From NCBI GenBank assembly GCA_965116065.1, contig OZ220485.1:3112989-3176988 (forward strand): DNA of 64,000 nt, written 5' to 3'. The number at the start of each line of letters is the position of its first letter. Position 1 is the first letter of the stretch. Below the pieces are notes generated by a model. It saw only the letters and a list, made by a program, of their open reading frames with translations. It had not been told where the DNA came from and made no database searches. Both the position numbers and the translations under genes were made by a program. The stretch is from Bryobacterales bacterium (lineage in GTDB: Bacteria; Acidobacteriota; Terriglobia; Bryobacterales; UBA6623). Below are positions 8,127 through 17,881 of the stretch, one piece after another.

Positions 8127-10067
8127 TTAACCGCCTAACGCCGCAACGATGGCGTCCACGTCATAGACGCAGCCCGCCCACGTGCCTCCGCTGCATGCCT
8201 GCATCGCGGCCCAGAGCCGGGTGTCATCAGGAATGTCGGGATGCGCCGACAGATCCGGTCGGCTCACACGTCCAGCCAGGATGCGCGAACCCTCTGCGGC
8301 ACCGAACCTGTCCCCTTCGTGCCCCACGAGGTCGACAGTGCCCCGGAGCCGGTTGCAGTCGATCTCGATGCGGAGTATGTCGCCTTCCAGCAGCTTGCCG
8401 AGCGGGCCTCCCGCTAGCGCCTCAGGACCGACATGGCCGATGCAGGCGCCGGTTGACACGCCTGAAAAGCGCGCATCCGTGACCACGGCGATCTCCTTCC
8501 CGCACGATACGTGCTTGAGTGCCGACGTGATCTGGTAGATCTCCTCCATGCCGGATCCGAGCGGCCCACAGCAGATCAGCGCCATGATGTCGCCCGGGCC
8601 GACGGAGCCGTTCTTGAGCGCCTCGATGGCGTGGGCTTCACGGGTGAAAATCCGCGCCCGCCCTTCCTTCCGGTAGACGCCGTCGGAATCGACGACGGAC
8701 GGATCAATGGCCGTGCTCTTCACGACCGATCCTTCAGGAGCCAGGTTCCCGCGGCAGAACGTGATCGTGCTGGTGAGGCCCCTCCGTGCCGCGGATTCCT
8801 GAGAATGGATGACCTCATCGGGGTCAACGTTGTCCGTTTCGTGCAGCAGGTCGCGGAACTTTCGTCGACGCTCGCAGCGCTCCCACTCATCCAGCACCTG
8901 CTCGAGAGGGATACCCGCAGCCGTGAGGACATCAAGGTCCAGCAGTTCAAGGTCGCGGAGCCGGAGCATGACCTCCGGCACCCCGCCCGCCAGGAACACC
9001 CGAACGGTCGGATGGCCCACCGGGCCGTTCGGGAGAACATCGACTAAACGCACGACCCGACGGTTGACCGCTTCCCACTCATCGACCGTCGGCCGGCCCA
9101 GTCCCGCACAGTAGGCCACGGCAGGCAGATGCAGGAGCAGGTTCGTTGATCCCCCGAAGGCCGCATGAGTGACCATGGCGTTCCGCAATGCACCTTCGGT
9201 CAGGATGTCGCGTACCGTCAGTCCGGAAGCCCTCTGTGCCATGACCGCTTCGGCGGCTTGGCGGGCGGCGTGTTTCCACACGGGCTGCCCGGAGGGAGCA
9301 AGTGCGGAATGCGGCAGGGCCAGCCCAAGCGCCTCGGCCACGACCTGGGCTGTAGCCGCCGTGCCCAGGAACTGGCACCCGCCCCCCGGAGATCCGCAAG
9401 CCTTGCAGCCGAATTCCCGGGCCTTCTGCAAGCTCAGTTCACCATGGGAGAAGCGTGCACCGATCGTCTGCACCTTGCCGGCATCCTCCCCGTCCATCGA
9501 CGGCAGCGTGACACCCCCCGGGACCAGCACACATGGCAGATCGTGCATGGATGCCAAGGCCATCATCATCGCTGGCAGTCCCTTGTCGCAAGTGGCGACA
9601 CCCACCACTCCGCGACGGGTCGGCAGAGAACGGATCAGCCGGCGCAGCACCTGGGCTGCGTCATTCCGATACGGAAGCGAGTCCATCATGCCCGGGGTGC
9701 CCTGGGTCCGACCGTCACAGGGGTCACTGCAGAATCCCGCGAACGGGATCGCCCCGCGATCCCGGAGTTCGATCGCAGCCTCCCGCATGAGCAGTCCGAC
9801 CTCGAAGTGCCCGGTGTGGTATCCGAGAGCCACTGGCGCCCCATCCTCGCCCCGGATTCCGCCCTGCGTACTGAGGATCAGGTATTCGTCACGGCCCAGA
9901 TGAGCGGGGTTCCAGCCCATGCCCGCATCCTGTGTCCACCCGAAGATATCGCCGCTGGGAAGCGTGCGGAGCATCGCTGGCGTCAGGGGGAGCTGACCCG
10001 AGGGGCCCGGCGCCGCCGTCTGTATCTCGTAAATCGCGGGATCATCCCCACCGAACAAACTGCGCAT
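8127..10067 (-). CDS. IlvD/Edd-family dehydratase, YjhG/YagF-like sugar-acid (D-xylonate-type) dehydratase
   Basis: ORF 8127..10193. I prefer the ATG at 10067 (MRSLFGG) because the upstream extension is Arg/Gly-rich and would overlap the divergent sulfatase start. Motifs seen are [28 protein letters not shown] and [17 protein letters not shown]. Confidence 0.85.
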   Translation of the reverse strand: MRSLFGGDDPAIYEIQTAAPGPSGQLPLTPAMLRTLPSGDIFGWTQDAGMGWNPAHLGRDEYLILSTQGGIRGEDGAPVALGYHTGHFEVGLLMREAAIELRDRGAIPFAGFCSDPCDGRTQGTPGMMDSLPYRNDAAQVLRRLIRSLPTRRGVVGVATCDKGLPAMMMALASMHDLPCVLVPGGVTLPSMDGEDAGKVQTIGARFSHGELSLQKAREFGCKACGSPGGGCQFLGTAATAQVVAEALGLALPHSALAPSGQPVWKHAARQAAEAVMAQRASGLTVRDILTEGALRNAMVTHAAFGGSTNLLLHLPAVAYCAGLGRPTVDEWEAVNRRVVRLVDVLPNGPVGHPTVRVFLAGGVPEVMLRLRDLELLDLDVLTAAGIPLEQVLDEWERCERRRKFRDLLHETDNVDPDEVIHSQESAARRGLTSTITFCRGNLAPEGSVVKSTAIDPSVVDSDGVYRKEGRARIFTREAHAIEALKNGSVGPGDIMALICCGPLGSGMEEIYQITSALKHVSCGKEIAVVTDARFSGVSTGACIGHVGPEALAGGPLGKLLEGDILRIEIDCNRLRGTVDLVGHEGDRFGAAEGSRILAGRVSRPDLSAHPDIPDDTRLWAAMQACSGGTWAGCVYDVDAIVAALGG

Positions 10068-10153
10068 CGACTTCCAGTGTGGCCGATTCGTAACGGATGG
10101 ACGCTCGGGACGGCCCCCGCCCGGGTCCCCGCGTATTAACCTAGAGCAATATC

Positions 10154-11554
10154 GTGACCTGTGTGACTCGCCTACTCTCGATTCTCGTCGCAAGCACGGC
10201 TTGGGCAGCGTCCCCGAACATCGTCCTGATCATGGTCGACGACCTGGGCCCGGAATGGATCTCCAGCTACGGGGCCGAGGGCATCGAGACCCCCAACATC
10301 GACAAGCTGGCCGAGGGCGGGATGCTCTTCCGCAATGCCTACTCCATGCCCCAGTGCACGCCGACGCGCGTGACACTGCTCACCGGGCAATACCCGTTCC
10401 GGCACGGCTGGACGAATCACTGGGACGTGCCGCGCTGGGGCGCCGGCTGCCATTTTGACCCCCAGCATAACCTCTCGTTCGCAAGGCTGCTCCGCGATGC
10501 AGGCTATGTCACGGCGATCGCCGGCAAGTGGCAGATCAACGACTTCCGCATCCAGCCCCGGATTCTGGATCGCCACGGTTTCGATGAGTGGTCGGTGTGG
10601 ACGGGCGGAGAGGGCGGCAACCCGGTCAGCGACGAGCGGTACTGGGATCCGTACATCTTCACCAACAGCGAGGCCAGCAGGACCTACGCCGGCAGGTTCG
10701 GACCCGACATCTACAACGAGTTCCTGGTCGAATTCGTCCGCAGGAACGCCGGACAACCGATGCTGCTCTATTACCCAATGGCCCTCACGCACGGGCCGCT
10801 CGTCGACACGCCCCACGAGCCGTTCGCGGAGACATCCCTGGAGAAGCACAAGGCCATGGTCCGCTATACCGACTACCTGGTCGGACGACTCGTCAAGGCG
10901 ATTGATTACGCCGGGGTCCGGAACAACACGATCATCATCTTCACGACCGACAACGGCACATCCCGCGGCATCCGTGGCCGGCTCAACGGGCGCCTGATTC
11001 GCGGTGGCAAGGCCCAGTTGACGGAGAACGGTCCGCGGCAGCCCTTCATCGTGAACGGGCCAGGCCTGGTCCCTGCCGGGGTGGAGACGGATGAGCTGAC
11101 CGACTTCTCGGACCTGTTTCCGACCTTCTGCGAACTGGCCGGCGTGGAACTGCCCGATGGCATCGACATCGACGGAGAGTCGATCGCACCGCTCCTGCTC
11201 GGCAAATCAACCAGCGGTCGGCGCGAGTGGATGGCCGCGATGGGGTTCGGACCGGCGAAGCTGGACGAGATGGGTGTGCGGGGTGTCGATGACTACGCTC
11301 CCCGAGTGATTCGGAACAAGCGCTACAAGATTCATGTCCACGACGGGACGATACGGAAACTGTACGACCTCGCCAGAGATCCGGGCGAGACGCGCAACCT
11401 GCTTGCCAGCGAGCTTCCCGAGCACGTTGCGGCCCTCAGGAAACTGCGAGCCGCGAGCGAGACCATGCCCGACAAGGACGCTCGCCCCCGTTATGACCCA
11501 CTACCGCCACAACCGTGGGACGTCACGATCGAGGAGATGAACCGCAAGCGGTGA
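10154..11554 (+). CDS. Secreted formylglycine-dependent sulfatase
   Basis: The 466-aa ORF has an N-terminal signal-like [16 protein letters not shown]. It contains [11 protein letters not shown] and the CTPTR (C-x-P-x-R) signature followed by LLTGQYP. Confidence 0.9.
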   Translation: MTCVTRLLSILVASTAWAASPNIVLIMVDDLGPEWISSYGAEGIETPNIDKLAEGGMLFRNAYSMPQCTPTRVTLLTGQYPFRHGWTNHWDVPRWGAGCHFDPQHNLSFARLLRDAGYVTAIAGKWQINDFRIQPRILDRHGFDEWSVWTGGEGGNPVSDERYWDPYIFTNSEASRTYAGRFGPDIYNEFLVEFVRRNAGQPMLLYYPMALTHGPLVDTPHEPFAETSLEKHKAMVRYTDYLVGRLVKAIDYAGVRNNTIIIFTTDNGTSRGIRGRLNGRLIRGGKAQLTENGPRQPFIVNGPGLVPAGVETDELTDFSDLFPTFCELAGVELPDGIDIDGESIAPLLLGKSTSGRREWMAAMGFGPAKLDEMGVRGVDDYAPRVIRNKRYKIHVHDGTIRKLYDLARDPGETRNLLASELPEHVAALRKLRAASETMPDKDARPRYDPLPPQPWDVTIEEMNRKR

Positions 11555-11600
11555 TCGGGCGGAACGGAAGCAGCAGGAAGGCCGGTTCCGGGGTGCCTTC

Positions 11601-12002
11601 ATGCGGGTGATGGCCCTGGACTGGGGGATGCGCCGCATCGGCATCGCCATGAGCGACGAGCTGGGTATCGCGGCCCATGGACTCCCGACCCTGGTCCGGC
11701 GGAACATCCGTTCGGATCTGGAGACCCTGACGAGCCTGATTCGGGAGCGCGACATCGAGACCGTGGTGGTAGGAATGCCCTTGCATATGGACGGGACGGC
11801 GAGCCGCTCGTCGGACCAGGCGACTCGATTCGGTCGCCGCCTTGCCAAACATGCCGGAGTGTCGGTGGAGATGCGCGACGAGCGCCTGACAAGCTGGGAG
11901 GCACGCCAAGGGGCCGAGGCACTCCCGCGAGCGCCCGGAGAAACGGATCGTCGGGCGGCGGTGCTGCTGCTGGAGGGGTATCTTGCCGAGTTGCAAACGT
12001 AG
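11601..12002 (+). CDS. ruvX: Holliday-junction resolvase-like nuclease RuvX (YqgF)
   Basis: The 133-aa ORF contains MALDWGMRRIGIAMSD, ETVVVGMPLHMDG, DERLTS and AAVLLLEGYL. Confidence 0.85.
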   Translation: MRVMALDWGMRRIGIAMSDELGIAAHGLPTLVRRNIRSDLETLTSLIRERDIETVVVGMPLHMDGTASRSSDQATRFGRRLAKHAGVSVEMRDERLTSWEARQGAEALPRAPGETDRRAAVLLLEGYLAELQT

Positions 12003-12984
12003 CCGTGCACTGATCATTGCTGCGGCGTCGCTCGTCCGCTGCGGTGGGATGGAGTCGCCCGAGAAACCGTTCGACCAGGCGGTGATCGTGCATGTCGAGC
12101 GAGGCAGTTCGTCCCGCCAGATCGCCCAGCAGCTCGAGTCCGCGGGCGTGATCGACTCGCAGTGGAGATTCCTGTGGGTCCGTGCCTGGAATCAGGACCG
12201 GACACTGATGGCCGGTGAATACCGGTTCGAGCACCCCATGCGAGCCGATGAAGCCTTCGCGATGCTGGCCGAGGGCAAGGTGATTCTATACCCGATCACG
12301 ATTCCCGAAGGACTCAATCGACTGGAGATCACGGACCTGGTGACCGAATCCGGCCTGGTGGACGGTCAGGAGTTCCTGGAGCTCACCGCAAATCCGGAAC
12401 CCGTGAGGGAACTGTTCCCAGGGGCGCAGACGCTGGAGGGCTGCCTCTTTCCAGAGACGTACAACCTCGCCAGGACATCGGTGGCGAAGGATCTGGTCGA
12501 CGCAATGATCGCCAATTTCACTGCGGCCCTGGAGGAAGCGCGCAGCCAGAAGACCGCCGACATCGCGGACTGGGACGCACTCATCCTTGCTTCGATGATC
12601 GAGAAGGAAGCCGGGGACATCGAGGAACGCGGACTGGTGTCGTCCGTGTTCCACAACCGGATCCGGCGTGGGATGCTGATGCAGAGTGACCCGACGATCA
12701 TCTACGGGCTGGTCCTTGAAGACCGGTATCGAGGGCGCATCTTCCGGTCCGACCTGTCAGACCCTCATCCCTACAACACGTATGTTCACGAGGGCTTCCC
12801 TCCGGGCCCCATCGCCAATCCCGGATTGCAGTCCCTGCAGGCAGCCTTTGCGCCGGACGAATCGGACTTCCTTTTTTTCGTTGCCAAGCCCGGCATCAAC
12901 GCCGGCCACGCGTTTTCGGAGACGCTCCGCGCCCATAACCGTGCCGTTCGGGACCTGCGCAAGTTCGAGCGGTCGCAACGTTGA
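11983..12984 (+). CDS. mltG: Endolytic murein transglycosylase MltG (YceG-like)
   Basis: The 333-aa ORF contains ITIPEG, LASMIEKEA, SDPTIIYG, YNTYVHEGFPPGPIANPG and FLFFVAKPG..GHAFSET. The start is uncertain: TTG 11983 or ATG 12049. Confidence 0.85.
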   Translation: MPSCKRSRALIIAAASLVRCGGMESPEKPFDQAVIVHVERGSSSRQIAQQLESAGVIDSQWRFLWVRAWNQDRTLMAGEYRFEHPMRADEAFAMLAEGKVILYPITIPEGLNRLEITDLVTESGLVDGQEFLELTANPEPVRELFPGAQTLEGCLFPETYNLARTSVAKDLVDAMIANFTAALEEARSQKTADIADWDALILASMIEKEAGDIEERGLVSSVFHNRIRRGMLMQSDPTIIYGLVLEDRYRGRIFRSDLSDPHPYNTYVHEGFPPGPIANPGLQSLQAAFAPDESDFLFFVAKPGINAGHAFSETLRAHNRAVRDLRKFERSQR

Positions 12985-12990
12985 CAGGCA

Positions 12991-13015
12991 GGCTCCGGTC
13001 TCCGTAATCGGAGCC
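12991..13015. terminator. Stem-loop between convergent mltG and priA
   Basis: GGCTCCG (12991-12997) pairs with CGGAGCC (13009-13015) around an 11-nt loop. There is no clear U-tract. Confidence 0.35.
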
Positions 13016-13056
13016 GATTCGATGTGTGGAGACACATCCGGCACAAAGCCAGCGCA

Positions 13057-15489
13057 TCACAGGAAATCCACGGGATCCACATCCAACACAAGTGCCGATG
13101 CGGGCCAGCGCCGCTCTTCAGCAAAGGCCCTGGCCTTCGCCAGCAACGCAGGGACCGCGGCCCGACGCGAGGACTTGATCAGGAACTGGAAGCGATAGTC
13201 TGTGCGCAGCCGGACCAGCGGGGCGGATGCCGGCCCCATGATATGGACATCGTCCGGGGCGGGCTGCAGGCATTCCGCCAGTTCGCCGGTCCAGGCCGTG
13301 GCCTGCGAGAGATCGGAGCTGCGGACCGTGATCGAGGCCATTGAACTGAAAGGGGGATACCACAGTCCGCGGCGGAACTCCCGTTCCCGACGATAGAACG
13401 CATCGTAATCCTGCCGGGCCGCAAGGTCGATCGCATAGTGGTCCGGATTCATCGTCTGCATGAGGACATGGCCGGGCTTCTCGCCGCGCCCGGCGCGACC
13501 CGCAACCTGGGTCAGCAGCTGGAACGTTCGCTCAGCCGCCCGAAAGTCAGGACGGCCCAGGCCAAGGTCCGCATTCACGACACAGACGAGCGTCACGTTG
13601 GGGATGTCGTGACCCTTGGCGATCATCTGCGTACCGACCAGCAGGTTCGAATCCCCTCGCCGGAACCCGCTCAGGATGGTCTCGTATCGATTCCGCCCTC
13701 TGACCGTGTCACGGTCGAGGCGGGCGATCCTGGCGTGCGGGAAATGGCGGGCGAGTTCGTCCTCGACCTTTTCGGAACCACTCCCCTGGAAGTCGAGAAA
13801 GTCGCGGTCGCAGCCATCGCAGACGCTCGGCACGGGTTCGGAATGGTCACAGTAGTGACAGAGCAGACGCTTCTCGCGCTTGTGGAACGTGAGCGTTACG
13901 GAACAGTTCGGGCATTCTGCCCGCTTTCCGCAGGCCCGGCAGACCACAAATGTGGCAAAGCCCCGTCGGTTGAGCAGGATCATCGCCTGCTCGCCCCTGT
14001 CCAGGCAGTCCCGCACCGCCTGGATCAGGGCCCGCGAGAACAGCTGGCTGCGGCCGGTCTCGGTAAACTCGACACGCATGTCCACCTTCTGCACGGTCGG
14101 CATCGGCCGCTCCAGGATGCGTGTGGGCATCGTCAGCAGGGTGTATTTGCCGGTTTCTGCGTTGTGCCGGCTCTCGACACCAGGAGTCGCGGAGCCTAGG
14201 ATGACGGGCGCATTCGCCGCGCGACTCCGAACGATCGCCACGTCCCGTCCGTTGTAACGGGGCGATTCGCCCTGTTTGTAGCTGCCGTCGTGCTCCTCGT
14301 CGACGATGACCAGACCCAGATCGCGGACCGGCGCAAACACGGCACTGCGGGTTCCCAGCACGACCCGGGCGACCCCGGACCGGATCCGGCGCCACTGGTC
14401 AGCACGCTGGGGGGCAGTCAATCCACTATGCAGGACCGCCATCTGGTTGTCGAACCGATCGAAGAACTGCGCAGCGAGCACGGGCGTGAGTGCGATCTCG
14501 GGGACCAGAAGCAGAGCCGACCGCCCGGCATCCAGGGCCTCCTCAATCGACCTAAGGTAAACCTCGGTCTTCCCCGAGCCGGTGACTCCATGAATCAGGA
14601 ATGTCTCGAAGCGAGCCTCCCGGATCGCCGCCTGCACGGCATCCACGGCCGCCACCTGCGAAGGAGTCAGGTCGGGCCGGGTTCCCTTCCCGGTCCGATC
14701 GTAGTCCAGAAACACGGCTTCCAGACCCACGGCACCGTCTCGGGCCAGTGCGCGGGCGACTCGAACAGCGTCCGGCCTTTCCACGGAAAGCGCTCGCAGA
14801 TCATGACGACCCGGATTGCGTTGCAGGAATTCAAGGAGCCAGCGCTGCCCGGCGTTCGGCTTCTTGGGAAATGCCGACGCATCACCGATCTCAACCAGCA
14901 GCAACGCATCCCGACCGCGAGTGGGATCGCGGTCCTCATCGACCCGCTCTATCCTCACCAATCCGCGTTGACGCAGCTTCCGCAGTGCGACGTTCCCACC
15001 GTCGTGTTTCTTGATCAGGTACCGCAGGGTCAGTGGCCGGACCCGGAGCGACTCCAGCACTTCAGCCTCTATTCCCGCCGGCACGACCATGCTCTCGATC
15101 TCTGCACGGCCTTCCGGCGTCAGGGCGACGACCGACTTCGTCCGCCTCTCGCCCTTGAGTGGCAGCATCGCCTTCAGGATCTCGCCGATGGGCGTGCAGT
15201 AGTATCCGGCAACCCACTGCGCAAGCCCGAGCAGGTCCTCCCCAAGGGAGGGATCGTCATCCAGCAGTTCCTTGACCGGCTTCGGCCGGAAATCCGGTCC
15301 GTTGCAGTGAGTGCTCAGGACGACTCCGACGAGCTGACGGGTCCCGAACGGAACCAGAACCCGGCATCCCGGTCGAACGCGGCCCGACACAGGGCCGGGA
15401 ACGACATAGGTGAACTGCTTGTCGAGGGGGACCGGAAGCGCGACGTCGCAGTACTCGTGCACGCCCCCAGCGGCTGACACCTCTTCCAT
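13057..15489 (-). CDS. priA: Primosomal replication-restart helicase PriA
   Basis: The ~810-aa ORF contains GVTGSGKTEVY, IVDEEHD and the Cys-rich zinc region CRACGKRAECPNCSVTLTFH..LLCHYCDH..CDGC. The ATG at 15489 overlaps the stop of the upstream gene as TGATG. Confidence 0.9.
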   Translation of the reverse strand: MEEVSAAGGVHEYCDVALPVPLDKQFTYVVPGPVSGRVRPGCRVLVPFGTRQLVGVVLSTHCNGPDFRPKPVKELLDDDPSLGEDLLGLAQWVAGYYCTPIGEILKAMLPLKGERRTKSVVALTPEGRAEIESMVVPAGIEAEVLESLRVRPLTLRYLIKKHDGGNVALRKLRQRGLVRIERVDEDRDPTRGRDALLLVEIGDASAFPKKPNAGQRWLLEFLQRNPGRHDLRALSVERPDAVRVARALARDGAVGLEAVFLDYDRTGKGTRPDLTPSQVAAVDAVQAAIREARFETFLIHGVTGSGKTEVYLRSIEEALDAGRSALLLVPEIALTPVLAAQFFDRFDNQMAVLHSGLTAPQRADQWRRIRSGVARVVLGTRSAVFAPVRDLGLVIVDEEHDGSYKQGESPRYNGRDVAIVRSRAANAPVILGSATPGVESRHNAETGKYTLLTMPTRILERPMPTVQKVDMRVEFTETGRSQLFSRALIQAVRDCLDRGEQAMILLNRRGFATFVVCRACGKRAECPNCSVTLTFHKREKRLLCHYCDHSEPVPSVCDGCDRDFLDFQGSGSEKVEDELARHFPHARIARLDRDTVRGRNRYETILSGFRRGDSNLLVGTQMIAKGHDIPNVTLVCVVNADLGLGRPDFRAAERTFQLLTQVAGRAGRGEKPGHVLMQTMNPDHYAIDLAARQDYDAFYRREREFRRGLWYPPFSSMASITVRSSDLSQATAWTGELAECLQPAPDDVHIMGPASAPLVRLRTDYRFQFLIKSSRRAAVPALLAKARAFAEERRWPASALVLDVDPVDFL

Positions 15490-16166
15490 CAATCAAGGTA
15501 GGGTGCGACGAGGTCCGCCCAGATCGCGTAGCCGGCATCGTTGAGGTGCAGTCCGTCATCGACGAACAAATCGGGACGCGGCTTTCCGTCAGGCCCCAGA
15601 ATCCCCGTAGCGGTATCGATGAATCCAAGCAGGGGATGGCCCTCGGCAATCGCCTGAATTCTCGCGTTCGCCTCGCGAACCTCCGCAATCAGATGCCAAC
15701 GCCGGATGCTGGGCTTGACCCCGAAGAACACGATCCTCGTCTCCGGCAGAACCTCGTGGACATTGGCAACGAGTTGCCGGAACTCACGCACGACCGTGCC
15801 CGGACTCTTGCCATTGCCAATGTCGTTGTCGCCTTCATACACGAACAGCATTCGGGGCTTCAGTGGCAGGACTACTCGATCCAGGTACCGCAATGCGTCC
15901 GCCATCTGCGACCCGCCGAAGCCGCGGTTGATCAGGCCCTTGCCGGGAAACCACCGGTCGAGGTCCCAGCGGCGAAAGCTCGAACTGCCGAGAAAGACGA
16001 TTCCGCCTTTCGGACGTGGGTTGATCCGGTCACTCTCCTCGAATGCCTGTATCGCCTGCTCCCAGCGGTCCGGACCGGGCTGGGCGAGGACCGGCATGAT
16101 GACCGTGAAGGCTCCCAACAGCAGAGCGAGCAAGGCGTGGCGAGCGGATGGCGTCTTGTCCGTCAT
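15489..16166 (-). CDS. SGNH/GDSL-family hydrolase, secreted
   Basis: ORF 15489..16241. I prefer ATG 16166 (MTDKTPSARHALLALLLGAFTVIMPVLAQ signal). Motifs seen are IVFLGSSSF, GFGGSQ, VYEGDNDIG and DGLHLN. Confidence 0.75.
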   Translation of the reverse strand: MTDKTPSARHALLALLLGAFTVIMPVLAQPGPDRWEQAIQAFEESDRINPRPKGGIVFLGSSSFRRWDLDRWFPGKGLINRGFGGSQMADALRYLDRVVLPLKPRMLFVYEGDNDIGNGKSPGTVVREFRQLVANVHEVLPETRIVFFGVKPSIRRWHLIAEVREANARIQAIAEGHPLLGFIDTATGILGPDGKPRPDLFVDDGLHLNDAGYAIWADLVAPYLD

Positions 16167-16276
16167 GTCGCTATCCCTACAGCATAGTCCGGGCAGTCCT
16201 GTCGCCCTGCAGTCCGTCGGCTTGCAACAGGAGTTGAACACACGCTCGGGCGGCTGGTCTACACTGGATCGGCGAT

Positions 16277-17242
16277 ATGGATTCGGGGCCGTCCAGGAGA
16301 ATCTGGCTCACTGTCGGGGCGTCCCTGGCCGTTTCCGGCGGATTCGCGATCGTCATCTCCCTCCCCGAAGGCGGACTTCTCCTGTGGTGCGGCGTCGCGA
16401 TGGTGGCGACCGGTTCCCTGGCGCTGCGCGTCAGTCTGAACACGTCAGACGATTCCGATGCATCGGAAACGACGGCCCAGGAGTCTTCGGCACCGCCCGG
16501 GGCAAGGGCATCCATCGAGCCCGAACTGCTTGATGCGGTGCCCCGCAGGGTCGAGATGACTCCCCGCGGGAAACTGGTGGTGGCGGCATGGATGCTGACT
16601 CTCGCTGCCTATGGCACTCTCGCCCAGAAGCACTTCCATCTCCTGCCCCCCATTCCCCAGCAGGACGTCCTTGAAGCCGAGGGCGCCACGTCGACAGCCA
16701 CCGTGCACTCGGTCGAGTCCAGGGAACTCGAGGATGGCCGTGTGCTGTACTTCGTCGGATACAGCTTCACGACCGAGTCTGGTGCTCCGGTGCGCATCAG
16801 TCGCAGCATCCCTGAGCGCATCCAGACAGCCATCTACGAAGGCATGAGGACCGAGGTCGTGTACTTTCCAGGTGGTCCCGAGTTGCACTACCTTCCAGAA
16901 CTGACGTCGCCCGTCTCCACCCGCATCGTGTTCTTCGCTGGCGGCATCCTGTTGGCAGCAGCCGGTTATGCGGAAGCACAACGACGCCTTCACCGGCGTC
17001 TGGTTGTCCGGGGTGTCGCCGTTCCGGGGTTCACGGCCAGTGTCAGGCGCCGGGGCGGCGTGCGTTCGTTCCAAGTGAACTTCGACATCGCCGGCGAGCG
17101 CCGGTCGATCAAGGCCAGCGAGCGCAACCTGCACTTGCGCAATGGCCAGAGTGCGACCGTGCTGTATGATCCCGCGGCAGTCGGCCGCGCGATCGTGTAC
17201 CGTCTTGCCCTGTACCGGGCCGTGGCTGCACATCCCGGCTGA
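16277..17242 (+). CDS. Multi-pass membrane protein with DUF3592-like beta-rich domains
   Basis: The 321-aa ORF has hydrophobic helices at the N-terminus and mid-protein. The segment ATVHSVESRELEDGRVLYFVGYSFTTESG...VVYFPGGP resembles DUF3592 by recall. The stop codon lies 4 nt before miniature element copy C. Confidence 0.6.
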   Translation: MDSGPSRRIWLTVGASLAVSGGFAIVISLPEGGLLLWCGVAMVATGSLALRVSLNTSDDSDASETTAQESSAPPGARASIEPELLDAVPRRVEMTPRGKLVVAAWMLTLAAYGTLAQKHFHLLPPIPQQDVLEAEGATSTATVHSVESRELEDGRVLYFVGYSFTTESGAPVRISRSIPERIQTAIYEGMRTEVVYFPGGPELHYLPELTSPVSTRIVFFAGGILLAAAGYAEAQRRLHRRLVVRGVAVPGFTASVRRRGGVRSFQVNFDIAGERRSIKASERNLHLRNGQSATVLYDPAAVGRAIVYRLALYRAVAAHPG

Positions 17243-17246
17243 AACT

Positions 17247-17690
17247 CAGACATCCTGCCCCGGGGCAGGTCATAGGCCCATCGTAGCCCGAAAACCATTG
17301 CAATACAGGGCTTTGGGTGGGGGCGAGGGCTTGGCGGGAGATGTGAGTTCCAGACAGGATCGTGAACCCGAAATCATGCCGGGCGCTCCGACGAACCCAC
17401 CGCATCTCTCCCGTGGCAAGGCCGTCCCGATCGGGTCGCCCAGTCTGTACAGTGCAGCGGCAACGCAGGACACTGCCCGGCACATCCACATCCCTGTCGT
17501 GCACCTCAGCGCGGATCAGGTGCTGGCTGCCCTGCAAACTGTTCCTCGATATCCCGCGCAGTATCGCCGACCGTGCCGCGACGGCACAGGGCCAGCAGCC
17601 ACCCCGCCCCCACCTTGAGACGCCCTTCACAGCCGACACCATACCGCTGGCACGGGTTCACGATCCTACCCTCGAGGTCAGGATGTCCGA
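17247..17690 (+). mobile_element. Miniature (444-bp) derivative of the IS at 20503..22835 (copy C), same orientation as the full-length element
   Basis: The left terminus is CAGACATCCTG... at 17247 and the right terminus ...CTCGAGGTCAGGATGTCCG lies near 17689. The interior is homologous to copies A and B (reverse-complemented) and to both ends of 20503..22835. Confidence 0.75.
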
Positions 17691-17767
17691 GTCTCGGAAT
17701 CGGCCCGCCGTCAACCTCCAACCCACCCGTCCCGGGAACACCGCCGCGATCCCGCCGTCCATGCCGA

Positions 17768-17799
17768 CTCTGCGCGCCTACACCTCTGCGCGCCTACAC
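17768..17799. repeat. Perfect 16-bp x2 tandem repeat in a C-rich spacer
   Basis: CTCTGCGCGCCTACAC occurs at 17768-17783 and 17784-17799, between miniature element copy C and the 3' end of the caspase gene. Confidence 0.9.
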
Positions 17800-17881
17800 C
17801 CCCCCTCCTCCCTCATCATACCAACCACTCCAACCCTGCCACCCTCTCCCCCCTCCCCATTCCCGCGCACTCCCACCCCTA